This document shows positions 18,879-27,773 of a DNA stretch of 64,000 nucleotides, in pieces; position 1 is the first letter of the stretch; each line of letters begins with the position of its first letter. The notes under the pieces were generated by a model that did not search any database, was not told the DNA's origin, and saw only the letters and a list, made by a program, of their open reading frames with translations. The DNA lies in assembly GCA_963792585.1 (NCBI GenBank), contig CAWBWI010000006.1:256001-320000 (forward strand). Reading direction: 5' to 3'. The translations under genes were made by a program, and so were the position numbers. The stretch comes from Candidatus Eiseniibacteriota bacterium. Lineage in GTDB: Bacteria; Eisenbacteria; RBG-16-71-46; CAIMUX01; VGJL01.

Positions 18879-19655
18879 ATGTCGACCCTTCTACCCATGC
18901 TCTTCCTGGCGGTGATGAACCTGCAGACCGCGGGTGGCGACGGCGTTCCCGCCGCAGAGGTGCGCTCGGCCACCGACGTGCGCGATCCGGTCTTCGCCTT
19001 TCTCGTGGGGCTCGTCGACGAGGACCTGTACGGGACCATCGATGCGACATCCCTCGAGGAGGCAACGCGCCGCGCCGCCCGATCGAGCCCGCTACCGTAT
19101 CGCCGCCTCGACACGATGACCCGCTCTTCCGAGAACCGGGATCGCACGGCCCTCATCGATCTGCGTTTCGACGAACGGCTCGTCCTGCCGATCCCCTACC
19201 GAATCCTCGGATATGCCCCCGGTAGCCTGCGGGCCACGCGCGAAGCCGACTTCCGAGAGTGGATCCTGGGTGAGCTGGTCTTCTCATACCGCCCCCGAAC
19301 GGACGCGCAGCCGATCGAGGTGCGCCTCTCCGACGTCCACCTCTTCGCCCTGCGCAGCGGAGAGATGTGGGTCGACATCGACGGCTGGCTGGACGCGATC
19401 GTCGGCGGCAAGCTCGACGACACGCGGATCACTGGGCTGGCGCTCTTTCGCTATGCCGGGGAGCGGTGGGGCCTGGCCGTTGGGTACAACCGCGACTGGG
19501 AAGGCCGCTCGGGCCTCCTGAGCATGAAGAAGGATGCGATCGAGTTCCCCAGCCCACCGCCATTGAAGACGGCGGCGTGGAAGCTGCGTCAGATCCTGGA
19601 GGGACTCGAGCCGTCCCTACGTCCCGACAGTCTCCGCGCGAAGGGTTCTCGCTAG
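18879..19655 (+). CDS. Hypothetical exported protein
   Basis: Signal-like N-terminus and typical codon usage. Confidence 0.6.
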   Translation: MSTLLPMLFLAVMNLQTAGGDGVPAAEVRSATDVRDPVFAFLVGLVDEDLYGTIDATSLEEATRRAARSSPLPYRRLDTMTRSSENRDRTALIDLRFDERLVLPIPYRILGYAPGSLRATREADFREWILGELVFSYRPRTDAQPIEVRLSDVHLFALRSGEMWVDIDGWLDAIVGGKLDDTRITGLALFRYAGERWGLAVGYNRDWEGRSGLLSMKKDAIEFPSPPPLKTAAWKLRQILEGLEPSLRPDSLRAKGSR

Positions 19656-19673
19656 GACGTCCTCAAGGCGGTT

Positions 19674-19704
19674 AAAAGACCCGGGGCCTTTCGGCCCCGG
19701 GTCT
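19674..19704 (-). terminator. Rho-independent terminator
   Basis: AGACCCGGGGCC-4nt-GGCCCCGGGTCT followed by a T-run on the minus strand. Confidence 0.85.
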
Positions 19705-19735
19705 CAGGCTTACCTAACAAACTTGGAAAGTCAGA

Positions 19736-20728
19736 CTACCGGAAGTTCGCCTTGATCGAGCCCCAGGAGCTGTCCTGAGTCGGCACGATCGGGCAGGGGT
19801 TCGGATCGCAGACGGTCCCGTCGCCTTGGTACGCACCACCAAGGGTCTCGCACTCGGGCGGGGTCACAACGTGGCACTCGCCCTGATCGCCGACGCAGCA
19901 GGCGCCTATCGGGGGAGCGACGGGGTTGCTATACAGCTTGAAGCCCTGATCCCAACCGGCCCAGCAGGGCTGGTTGGCCCCGATGCTGATCGCATTCCAG
20001 GGGAGTTCCGTGCCGCTCCAAGTGTCCCACCACATAGCCTCGCACTGGCTATTGCCCACACCCGGGTACACGCGGTTGAAGAACTGCGTTACGCCAGTGC
20101 CGTAGCTCGTGAAGTCGAAGTCGGCCGAAACGCTGACCCAGTAAGGAACACCGTAATCGGCATAGAACGGCTGCGGAAGTGTGATGCAATACGCGAAGTT
20201 CCGGACGAGACCGGTGGTGATCTCTTCCTCGACGAACACCGGGCAGTACTGATCGTAAGCGATGGCGCCGATCGCCTCTTCGCCGGAGACCGTTCCGTCC
20301 GGGCACCAGAAATTCGCACCCGGAGCGTAGAACTTCACGCAGAAGCCATGAAGCGAGCCCGGGGTCTCGAGATGGTAGGTGTAACCATCGGCGTTGTAAC
20401 GAGCCCAGATCTTCACTGCGGTGATCGGATCGCCACCGAGGCCGAAGAAGTCGTCCGCCACCCGGCGGCCGTCCGCAGGGTAACCGGCGTCGTTGACAGC
20501 GTTGATGAAGCAGCCGGCGCTCCCGGCGGTGGCACACCCTGTCGGCGGGGTAAACTCGTCAAACATTCCGGTGTCCCAACACACGGTGCCGGGACACTCA
20601 ACACTGCGGATCGAGCCTCCAGGACCGGAGGCTCCATCGTTCTCATCGACACTCTGGGGAACGATGGCAAGTGCGGGCAGCGCGAGGGTCATGAGACCCA
20701 GGGCCGCGATGACAATAACCTTACGCAT
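19736..20728 (-). CDS. Secreted Cys-rich protein with GACC module and C-terminal SWGSIK tail
   Basis: GGAGG SD, signal peptide, IGACC...C...C...GDGTVCDPNPC, ends PTQDSSWGSIKANFR. Confidence 0.8.
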   Translation of the reverse strand: MRKVIVIAALGLMTLALPALAIVPQSVDENDGASGPGGSIRSVECPGTVCWDTGMFDEFTPPTGCATAGSAGCFINAVNDAGYPADGRRVADDFFGLGGDPITAVKIWARYNADGYTYHLETPGSLHGFCVKFYAPGANFWCPDGTVSGEEAIGAIAYDQYCPVFVEEEITTGLVRNFAYCITLPQPFYADYGVPYWVSVSADFDFTSYGTGVTQFFNRVYPGVGNSQCEAMWWDTWSGTELPWNAISIGANQPCWAGWDQGFKLYSNPVAPPIGACCVGDQGECHVVTPPECETLGGAYQGDGTVCDPNPCPIVPTQDSSWGSIKANFR

Positions 20729-20889
20729 GACTCCTCCCAACGCGGAGATGATGTGAAACACTGTGTCCATGGACTGTCGCACTCCGCACCGGCGGAACCA
20801 CAGATCGGGTTCCGCGTATACCAAGTCGCCGGCTGGGAAACAGGTGTGCAAGCCTGGGCCGACGACCCGGCTTGGTACGGCTGTCAATT

Positions 20890-20917
20890 ATTTTAGCAGA
20901 AGTTGTTGAATTGTCAA
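20890..20917 (-). promoter_or_regulatory. Strong sigma70 promoter
   Basis: TTGACA-N16-TAAAAT with an extended TG, in an AT-rich patch. Confidence 0.75.
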
Positions 20918-21025
20918 CACATCGACCGTAACAGCGTGCCTAATCCCGCCCCTTGACCATGGCCCAGGGCGGGATTAGGGTACCAACAACGATGAATGGG
21001 GAGCCCCCCGAAGGAGGAACCGACT

Positions 21026-21328
21026 ATGTCCGAGCGCAATACAGCCTCTGATCGCCTAGCGTATCTCCTTATTGGAGCCGGTATTGGAGCGACACTTGCT
21101 CTGCTCTTCGCCCCGAAATCCGGCAAGGAACTTCGCCGGGACATCGCCGATGTCTCCCGCAAGGGCGTCAAGAAGGGTACCGACGTCGCTCACGCCATCG
21201 GAGAGAAGGTCTCCGACCGAGTCGAGGGCGTACGGGAAGCCGTCGAGAGGCAGAAGACCTCCCTGAGCAGCGCCATCGAGGCCGGCAAGACCGCTTATCG
21301 CGAGGAGCGTTCCCGGAGCGATTCCTAG
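21026..21328 (+). CDS. YtxH domain protein
   Basis: LLIGAGIGATLALLFAPKSGKELR. AAGGAGG SD. Confidence 0.9.
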   Translation: MSERNTASDRLAYLLIGAGIGATLALLFAPKSGKELRRDIADVSRKGVKKGTDVAHAIGEKVSDRVEGVREAVERQKTSLSSAIEAGKTAYREERSRSDS

Positions 21329-21349
21329 ACTCATTCCCGGGAGGGATCC

Positions 21350-21919
21350 GTGAACGGATTCGAAGGCCTCCTGGCCGCGATCATCATCATCCAGGCCGCC
21401 GTTCAGGTGGTCGTTCTCTACATGCTCTACCGCGTAGTAGCGAAACTCGCCGAACGCACGGACAAGCTGCTGACCCGGATCGAACCGGAGATGGACGACC
21501 TGGCGGCTGGAATTCGCGCGATCCGGAAGGCGGCCGAGGTTTCCTCGGCCGAGTTGAAGGCGACCCTGGCCGGAGTCCGCGGGACGACGGAAGAACTCAA
21601 TGGGATGGTCCGGGTCCAGGCGGAGGACATCGGTCGATTGATCGGGCGCGCGACGGCGATGGCCGAACGGCAGATCGACGAGATGGATCGCGCCCTCGAC
21701 GACGCGCGAGGTCGCCTGATCGAGATCGGAAGCGGATTCGATCGCACGATCCTCGAACCCGCGCGAACCGTTCTCGCGGTGGCGACGGGCGTCAGGCGCG
21801 CGATCGGCGCGGTGGTCGCGCCGCGCGCTCGGGTCGTTCAGGACAGCCGCCCCGCCGAGTTCGACCTGACCCGCGCGCCGGACCCGTGGTCCGATCCCGC
21901 CGATGTCGGATCTTCGTGA
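21350..21919 (+). CDS. Membrane-anchored coiled-coil protein (DUF948/YoxC-like)
   Basis: N-terminal TM helix and heptads. Adjacent to ytxH. Confidence 0.6.
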   Translation: MNGFEGLLAAIIIIQAAVQVVVLYMLYRVVAKLAERTDKLLTRIEPEMDDLAAGIRAIRKAAEVSSAELKATLAGVRGTTEELNGMVRVQAEDIGRLIGRATAMAERQIDEMDRALDDARGRLIEIGSGFDRTILEPARTVLAVATGVRRAIGAVVAPRARVVQDSRPAEFDLTRAPDPWSDPADVGSS

Positions 21920-22406
21920 TCAGCTCCGCAAGGCGGGCCTGGTCTCCGATAAGCAAGTCCGCCGGGCGAAGCATGAAGAGCGCCTCCACGCGAGCGAGGT
22001 AGGACACAAGGGGATCGAGGCCGAGCGGCTGGCCGAGGAAGAGCGGCTGCGCGCGGAGGCCGAGGAGCGCCGCAAGGCGGACAAGGCGCGCGCCGAGGAA
22101 CTGAAGCGCCGCCAGGCCGAGAGCGAGGCGCACGATCGTCTGGCCGCGACGATCCGTGGCGGTTGGATCCGCGAGGCGACGGCCGGATCCCGAAGAATCT
22201 TCTTCGAGACGCGCACGGGACGGATCACCTTTCTGGACCTATCCGATAGTGCGGTTCGGTGGCTTTCGAGCGGTCGCGCCGCGATCGTTGAAACTTGCGG
22301 CTTCGTGAGGGGAGAGTTCTGCGTCGTGACCGACAGGTCGGCCGCGACGATCCGGCAGGACCGCCCGGAGATCATCCGATTGTGGGGCGACCGCGCGGAA
22401 GACTAG
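21903..22406 (+). CDS. DUF2058 (YaiL-like) protein
   Basis: LRDQLRKAGLVSDKQ N-terminus, charged helix, LSSGRAAIV. Confidence 0.7.
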   Translation: MSDLRDQLRKAGLVSDKQVRRAKHEERLHASEVGHKGIEAERLAEEERLRAEAEERRKADKARAEELKRRQAESEAHDRLAATIRGGWIREATAGSRRIFFETRTGRITFLDLSDSAVRWLSSGRAAIVETCGFVRGEFCVVTDRSAATIRQDRPEIIRLWGDRAED

Positions 22407-24499
22407 GCGTTCGCGATCTCGCTCTCGGGTGTGTTCATCGCCTGCCGGCGCGAGAGCCGGATCTTCCCGCGATCCGTGCCGAGGACCCGCACCAGCATCT
22501 CATCCCCCTCCGCCGCGACCTGAGACGGATCCTGGATCGGACCCTGCGCCAGTTCACTCGCGTGGACGAGCCCCTCGATTCCCTCGAACAGCCGAACGAA
22601 GACCCCGAACTCCTTCACGCCCGTGACAATCCCGCGGTAGACGCGGCCGACCTCCGGCTCGTCGGTGAGATCGTGAACCCGGCGGACGGCGAGCTTCAAC
22701 GAAGCTGCGTCGCGTGCGTAGATGCGGACCGTGCCGTCATCGGAGACATCCACCTTCGTCAGCGTATCGGCCTGGAGAGCCTGAATCACCCGGCCGCCTG
22801 AGCCGATCAGGTCGCGGATGCGGTGGGTTCCGATCTTCAGGAATGCGACGCGCGGCGCGTGCGGGGAAAGTTCCGCGCGGGGTCGAGGCAGCGCCTTGGC
22901 CATCTCGGCCAGGATGTGCAGACGTCCCGCGCGCGCCTGCTCGAGCGCGCGATCGAGGAGGTCGAGCGGGAGGGCGCCGACTTTGTTGTCCAGCTGAACC
23001 GCCGTGATCCCCTTCTCCGTTCCGGCCACCTTGAAGTCCATGTCCCCGAGGTGGTCCTCGTCGCCGAGTATGTCCGAGAGAATGGCCACCCGATCCCCTT
23101 CGCGAATCAAACCCATCGCGATTCCGGCTACGGGGCGCAGGATCGGCACGCCGGCATCCATGAGCGCGAGGCATCCCCCGCAGACGCTCGCCATGCTCGA
23201 GGAGCCGTTCGAGGAGGTGATCTCCGACTCGATCTTGATCGTGTACGGGAAGACCTCCTGCGACGGGAGCACCGGCTCGAGCGCCCGGCGCGCCAAATTG
23301 CCGTGGCCGATCTCGCGCCGGCCTGGCGCGCGTAGAGGGCGCACCTCGCCCACGGAATAGGAGGGGAAACGGTAGTAGAGCTGGAACGCTTCGCGGCGCA
23401 CGCCGTGCAGTCCCTCGACCTCTTGCTCGTCGGAACCGGTGCCGAGGGTGCATACGACCAGCGCCTGCGTCTCGCCGCGCGTGAAGAGGGAGGAGCCGTG
23501 CACCCTGGAAATCCAGCCGACCTCACAGGCGATCGGCCGGATATCGCGCGTCCCCCGTCCGTCGGCGCGCCGCTGCGTCTCGAGAACGATCCCGCGGAAA
23601 TCACTGTGGAGCAGATCGCCGAACGCCGCGGAGATCTCCGCCTCGCGTCCCTCGAAGCGCGGGGCGAGGGCGAGGAGCGTCGCCCCGTGCGCAGCGCGAA
23701 TGGCGTCGCCGCGCGCGCCCTTGTCGGCGATCACCGCCGCTGCGTGGATCGCTTCATCCGCCTGCTTCCAGACCGCCTCGCGCAGTTCGACGTCCGCCGG
23801 CGGCGACGCGAACTCCCGCTTTACCTTGCCCTCGTTGCGAAGCCCCTCGAGCAGCCGGAGTAGCGGGGCGAGCCGCTCGGCCGCGTAGGCGAGCGCTCCG
23901 CGCAGATCGTCCTCGGTCGCCTCGCGCGCCTGCCCCTCGACCATCACGAGCCCCTCCGTTCCAAGGGTGACGATCAGATCGAGCACCACGTGGTCGCGAT
24001 CTTCGCGGGTCGGGTTGGCCAGCAGTTGGCCCTCCGGCGATCGCACGATCCGTGCCGCCGCCACCGGCCCGTTCCATGGGATATCGGAGAGTTGCAGGGC
24101 GGCGGCCGCGCCGATGATGCCGAGGATTCCCGGGTCACCGTCCGTCCCGCAGGCGAGCACCGTGGCGAGGAGTTGAACCTCGCAGCGATACCTCTCGGGA
24201 AAGTGCGGACGGATCGAACGGTCGATCAAACGGCTCGTCAGGATCTCGTGCTCGCCGGCCTGCCCTTCCCGCTTCCGATAGCCGCCGGGAAACCGGCCCA
24301 CCGCGCTGAAGCGCTCCCTGTACTCGACCGTCAGGGGAAAGAAGTCAGTACCCTCGCGGGGTTCCTCGGCCGCGACGACGGTGACCAGTACAACCGTCTC
24401 ACCCTCGCGGACGAGGACGGCGCCGTTCGCCTGATGGGCGATCTTCCCCCACTCCATCGTGAAGGTCCGGTCGAGGATGCGGATCTCGCTCGTTCCCAT
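22403..24499 (-). CDS. pnp: Polyribonucleotide nucleotidyltransferase (divergent, probably a paralog)
   Basis: DFFPLTVEY, RLIDRSIRP, HGSSLFTRGETQ, RREIGHG, SNGSSSMAS, EDHLGDMDFKVAGT, KH and S1 domains. Confidence 0.93.
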   Translation of the reverse strand: MGTSEIRILDRTFTMEWGKIAHQANGAVLVREGETVVLVTVVAAEEPREGTDFFPLTVEYRERFSAVGRFPGGYRKREGQAGEHEILTSRLIDRSIRPHFPERYRCEVQLLATVLACGTDGDPGILGIIGAAAALQLSDIPWNGPVAAARIVRSPEGQLLANPTREDRDHVVLDLIVTLGTEGLVMVEGQAREATEDDLRGALAYAAERLAPLLRLLEGLRNEGKVKREFASPPADVELREAVWKQADEAIHAAAVIADKGARGDAIRAAHGATLLALAPRFEGREAEISAAFGDLLHSDFRGIVLETQRRADGRGTRDIRPIACEVGWISRVHGSSLFTRGETQALVVCTLGTGSDEQEVEGLHGVRREAFQLYYRFPSYSVGEVRPLRAPGRREIGHGNLARRALEPVLPSQEVFPYTIKIESEITSSNGSSSMASVCGGCLALMDAGVPILRPVAGIAMGLIREGDRVAILSDILGDEDHLGDMDFKVAGTEKGITAVQLDNKVGALPLDLLDRALEQARAGRLHILAEMAKALPRPRAELSPHAPRVAFLKIGTHRIRDLIGSGGRVIQALQADTLTKVDVSDDGTVRIYARDAASLKLAVRRVHDLTDEPEVGRVYRGIVTGVKEFGVFVRLFEGIEGLVHASELAQGPIQDPSQVAAEGDEMLVRVLGTDRGKIRLSRRQAMNTPESEIANA

Positions 24500-24657
24500 C
24501 GTTCACCTCCCCATGACGTCGCTCACCGGAGGACGCTACCCGCCCTTCGTGAATGCGTCCACATGATCCGGCTTGGTTGTATCGAGATCGAGGATGTATC
24601 GAAAGCGATCGGAACGCGACGGTTTGGTGTAGGACCCTACGCAGAACCTCCTACGAC

Positions 24658-24700
24658 GACGGACCCGTCCGCACGGCCCCCCCGGCGGACGGGTCCCGTC
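24658..24700. terminator. GC-rich hairpin
   Basis: GGACCCGTCCGC...GCGGACGGGTCC between the lipoprotein gene and pnp. No U-tract on the minus strand. Confidence 0.45.
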
Positions 24701-24768
24701 TTTGGGCTCGAACCAAGGTCACGGAGCATCCTGCGGGAGCCTGCGCCGACGCGCCGGACGGCCGCGAG

Positions 24769-26406
24769 CTAGCGCGTCACCTCGATCACCACCGCCGGGC
24801 TCATGGGACGATCCGGGAGCATCAACGTTGCCTGGATCGTGTATGTCCCACGATCCATCCGCCCCACGGGCGCGATCCGCCCGTCCCAGCGTTCCGTGTA
24901 CTCGACGCGCCCCTCGGCAGGGATCGTCACGTCGGTGACCACTTGGGGAAATCCCTTACCGTCCGACCATCTCCAGTCCCAACCGGGCCTCATCGTGCGG
25001 GGATCGTCGAGCAGGAAATCGTAGATCTGCGCCGTGGGAAAGTGAAGCGTCACCGGCTCGGGTCCCGGGTTGCCGATCGAAAGGCGGAAGGTCCGCTCCG
25101 TGTCCGGCGGCGCAGAACGGGGCTCGACGGCGAACCGCAAGAGGAGCGGCGGCACGGGCGTCCCGACCACGAGGCGCGCCGGCCCGATGGGCACCATCGT
25201 CTCGGCCGGAATCTTCGCCATGACGGCGTAGGCGCCGACGGGAACGACGGTGCCGCGGTTCGACGTTCCGGGCCACTCGATCTCGTAGACGCGTTCCTCG
25301 CCCGGCTGGAATTCGAGCTGGGTCGGTGTCGGATCGAAGACGCGATCGTGCGCCCAGTTCCAGACAACGGCCTGCATCGGCGGCGGATCGTGCGGGTGAC
25401 CGGGGCCCCCGTGCATTCCCCCATCGCCGGAACCGTGACGCATCGAATCTCTCGTCGCGCAGCCCATGATCGCGATGTCGTAGGTCTGCGTCGTCGGGAA
25501 ACGAAGCGTGATAGCTGAGTCGGAGCGATTGCGCAGCGTCAGGACAACCGTGCGGGCCGTGCCGACCTCCCCCTGGGGAGGACGGACCTCGACGGTGCCG
25601 GTCACGATGGGCCGCGGCGGCTCCGTCTGGAGGATCCGCTCGGTCATCTGGTGGAGTTGCTCCGCGAGCGCGCGAAGCGCCCGGGGAGCGAGGTCGATCT
25701 CCGCCACCACGAGCTTTCGGTGATCCTGGTCGGGCCGGAAGAGGATCCTGAACACCAGGCTGTCGGAGGGAGGGTCGCTCACATAGCGGTCCTCGAGGTC
25801 CATGAACCCCGCTTCGCGGAAGAGGGCGCGCACGCGCGCGACCTGTTCCTCGGGAAGAGACACGCGGACGGGCGGACCGTCCCCCCTGCGAAATGCAACC
25901 GCCCACCCATCCGCGCCAATCACCAATTCCTCGAATCGACCTCCACGGCCTCCCTCGATGGAGAAACGCACCATCGTGTCACGGGGCAGGACGTGCGTTG
26001 GATAGTCGATCCGGCCGTTCGAACCATGGATTCGGATCGTCCGTGCTCCCGCCCCGCAGGCGGGAAGGGTCGCGACGGCGCTGAATTCGCCGGACCCGAA
26101 CGACGTTCCGGCAATGCGCCGCCCGACGGGGCGGATCTCGATGATCTCGCCGGAAGTCGGACCTACCTCGAACCCCGACAGCACCCAGTCCGCGTTGGGA
26201 CTCGTACCCCAGATCTGGATATCGACCGGTTGGCCCTCCTCGATGCTCTCGGGGACGACGGCTCCGCCGATGGCGGGCAGCGAGGTCGCCGCCGGACGCG
26301 TCGGCTCATCGCCGCAACCGGGCAGGATGATGAAAGAGCAACAGATCAGGATCGAGATCAGGAACGGAAGGGCGGAGCGCGGGCGAACGGATGTCCTACT
26401 TTCCAT
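24769..26406 (-). CDS. Lipoprotein with emfourin-like and two BsuPI protease-inhibitor domains
   Basis: Lipobox LPGC. FSIEGGRGG...ELVIGADG domain. Two repeats of N...TLxFPTxQxYD...WxW...F. Confidence 0.7.
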   Translation of the reverse strand: MESRTSVRPRSALPFLISILICCSFIILPGCGDEPTRPAATSLPAIGGAVVPESIEEGQPVDIQIWGTSPNADWVLSGFEVGPTSGEIIEIRPVGRRIAGTSFGSGEFSAVATLPACGAGARTIRIHGSNGRIDYPTHVLPRDTMVRFSIEGGRGGRFEELVIGADGWAVAFRRGDGPPVRVSLPEEQVARVRALFREAGFMDLEDRYVSDPPSDSLVFRILFRPDQDHRKLVVAEIDLAPRALRALAEQLHQMTERILQTEPPRPIVTGTVEVRPPQGEVGTARTVVLTLRNRSDSAITLRFPTTQTYDIAIMGCATRDSMRHGSGDGGMHGGPGHPHDPPPMQAVVWNWAHDRVFDPTPTQLEFQPGEERVYEIEWPGTSNRGTVVPVGAYAVMAKIPAETMVPIGPARLVVGTPVPPLLLRFAVEPRSAPPDTERTFRLSIGNPGPEPVTLHFPTAQIYDFLLDDPRTMRPGWDWRWSDGKGFPQVVTDVTIPAEGRVEYTERWDGRIAPVGRMDRGTYTIQATLMLPDRPMSPAVVIEVTR

Positions 26407-26693
26407 GGTGACCTCCCAGTCGGGGTTGCACCCCTCGGCGACGATGGTACGACCTCGCGCCCCGAATGAGAAGTCATCCCTTGCCGGGTGCGGTTGCCGG
26501 GAATCCGCCTTTGAAGGGTACCGGGACCGCCGGATTCCGAATCTCCCGGGGTCAACCCGGACGGTAATCGGCCGGATGGGAATCCGTCCGCGCGGTGGCG
26601 CGCGGCCCTCGACCGCGCGGTCCCCCGGTCGTAGAATCGGCCCAGCCCCAAGCGGGCGCGGACCGGACGGCAATCCGGCCGAAGGAGTGCGCG

Positions 26694-27149
26694 ATGAATG
26701 AACCTCGTCCCAGAACGGCCCTGGCCGACGCTCTACATGATCACCATCGTCTGCTCGAGATCCAAGCGCGCCTCGTGGGGCACTTCGCCGATGGATCGTG
26801 CCCCGCGTTCAAGACATGGATCCTGGACGTCCGGCGCGAACTCGAGGAACTGGCCGAGATGCTCGATGGCCACTTCGCCCAGGAGGAACTCGAGCGGCTG
26901 CACGATGAGATCGCGGCCGCGCTGCCGAATGCGAGCCACCGACTCGACACGCTTCTGAAAGAGCACCGGACGATTCTCTCGCGCTGCGAAGCCTTGCGCG
27001 AGCTGTCCGTCCGGACGGAGAAGCCGGGGGAGGATTTCCCCCTGCGCAACGAGGCGAGTGAGTTCTTCGCACTCCTCGACAGCCACGAGCGGGCGGAGCG
27101 TGAGCTCTTCCTGCAGGCTCTCGAGGGGGACGGCGGCTCGCCCGACTGA
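26694..27149 (+). CDS. Hemerythrin-like domain protein
   Basis: DH...HFAQEE...EH...HERAE pattern. Confidence 0.8.
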   Translation: MNEPRPRTALADALHDHHRLLEIQARLVGHFADGSCPAFKTWILDVRRELEELAEMLDGHFAQEELERLHDEIAAALPNASHRLDTLLKEHRTILSRCEALRELSVRTEKPGEDFPLRNEASEFFALLDSHERAERELFLQALEGDGGSPD

Positions 27150-27157
27150 GGAGAACC

Positions 27158-27760
27158 ATGACGCACGAGCGCCCCGCCGCGATTCTCTGCCTTGCAGGAC
27201 TCGTTCTCGCCGCCGGCCTGTCGCCGGCGACGGCCCAACAGCGCGCGGCCCAGCAGCGCCCGTCGGGCGAGATCATCCCCGTGCCCATCGACAAGATCGA
27301 CGTCGATGACGGCGACACCGCCACGATCCGCTGGTCCGACGGCGATCGCGAGGTGGTCCGGTTCCTGGGGATCGACACCCCGGAGATCGCCCACCCGGAG
27401 TTCAATCTCCCCTTCGACCAGCCCTTCGGACGCGAGGCGGCCGGGTTCGCGAAGGGCGCGTTCGCCGTGGCGCGACGCGTGGGCTTGAGACGCGCCGCGA
27501 TGAAGGACCCGTACGGTCGCACCCTGGGCTATCTGTATCTGGACGGTCGCAACTACTCGCCGATGATCTTGAAGGCGCGACTGGCCTACGAGACGGCCTC
27601 GCGATACGGCGACAACGGCTTGGCGCCGCAGGCCGATTCCTGCCTGACGGCCGGTCGGGAAGCGGGGGCCCTCCCCTTCGAGGACCCGCACGACTATCGC
27701 CAGCGGATGCGGCTCTACAGCGATTGGCTCAAGGCCAACACGGAGAAGCCGAAGAACTGA
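27158..27760 (+). CDS. Secreted thermonuclease (SNase) family
   Basis: DDGDT, VRFLGIDTPE, QPFGREA, DPYGRTLGY. Confidence 0.88.
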   Translation: MTHERPAAILCLAGLVLAAGLSPATAQQRAAQQRPSGEIIPVPIDKIDVDDGDTATIRWSDGDREVVRFLGIDTPEIAHPEFNLPFDQPFGREAAGFAKGAFAVARRVGLRRAAMKDPYGRTLGYLYLDGRNYSPMILKARLAYETASRYGDNGLAPQADSCLTAGREAGALPFEDPHDYRQRMRLYSDWLKANTEKPKN

Positions 27761-27773
27761 GCGGCGAAGAGAA

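Noticed and set aside
26460..26600. GGAATCCG/CGGATTCC inverted repeat as a riboswitch
   Set aside because: No recognisable aptamer consensus, and short stems are expected at this GC content.
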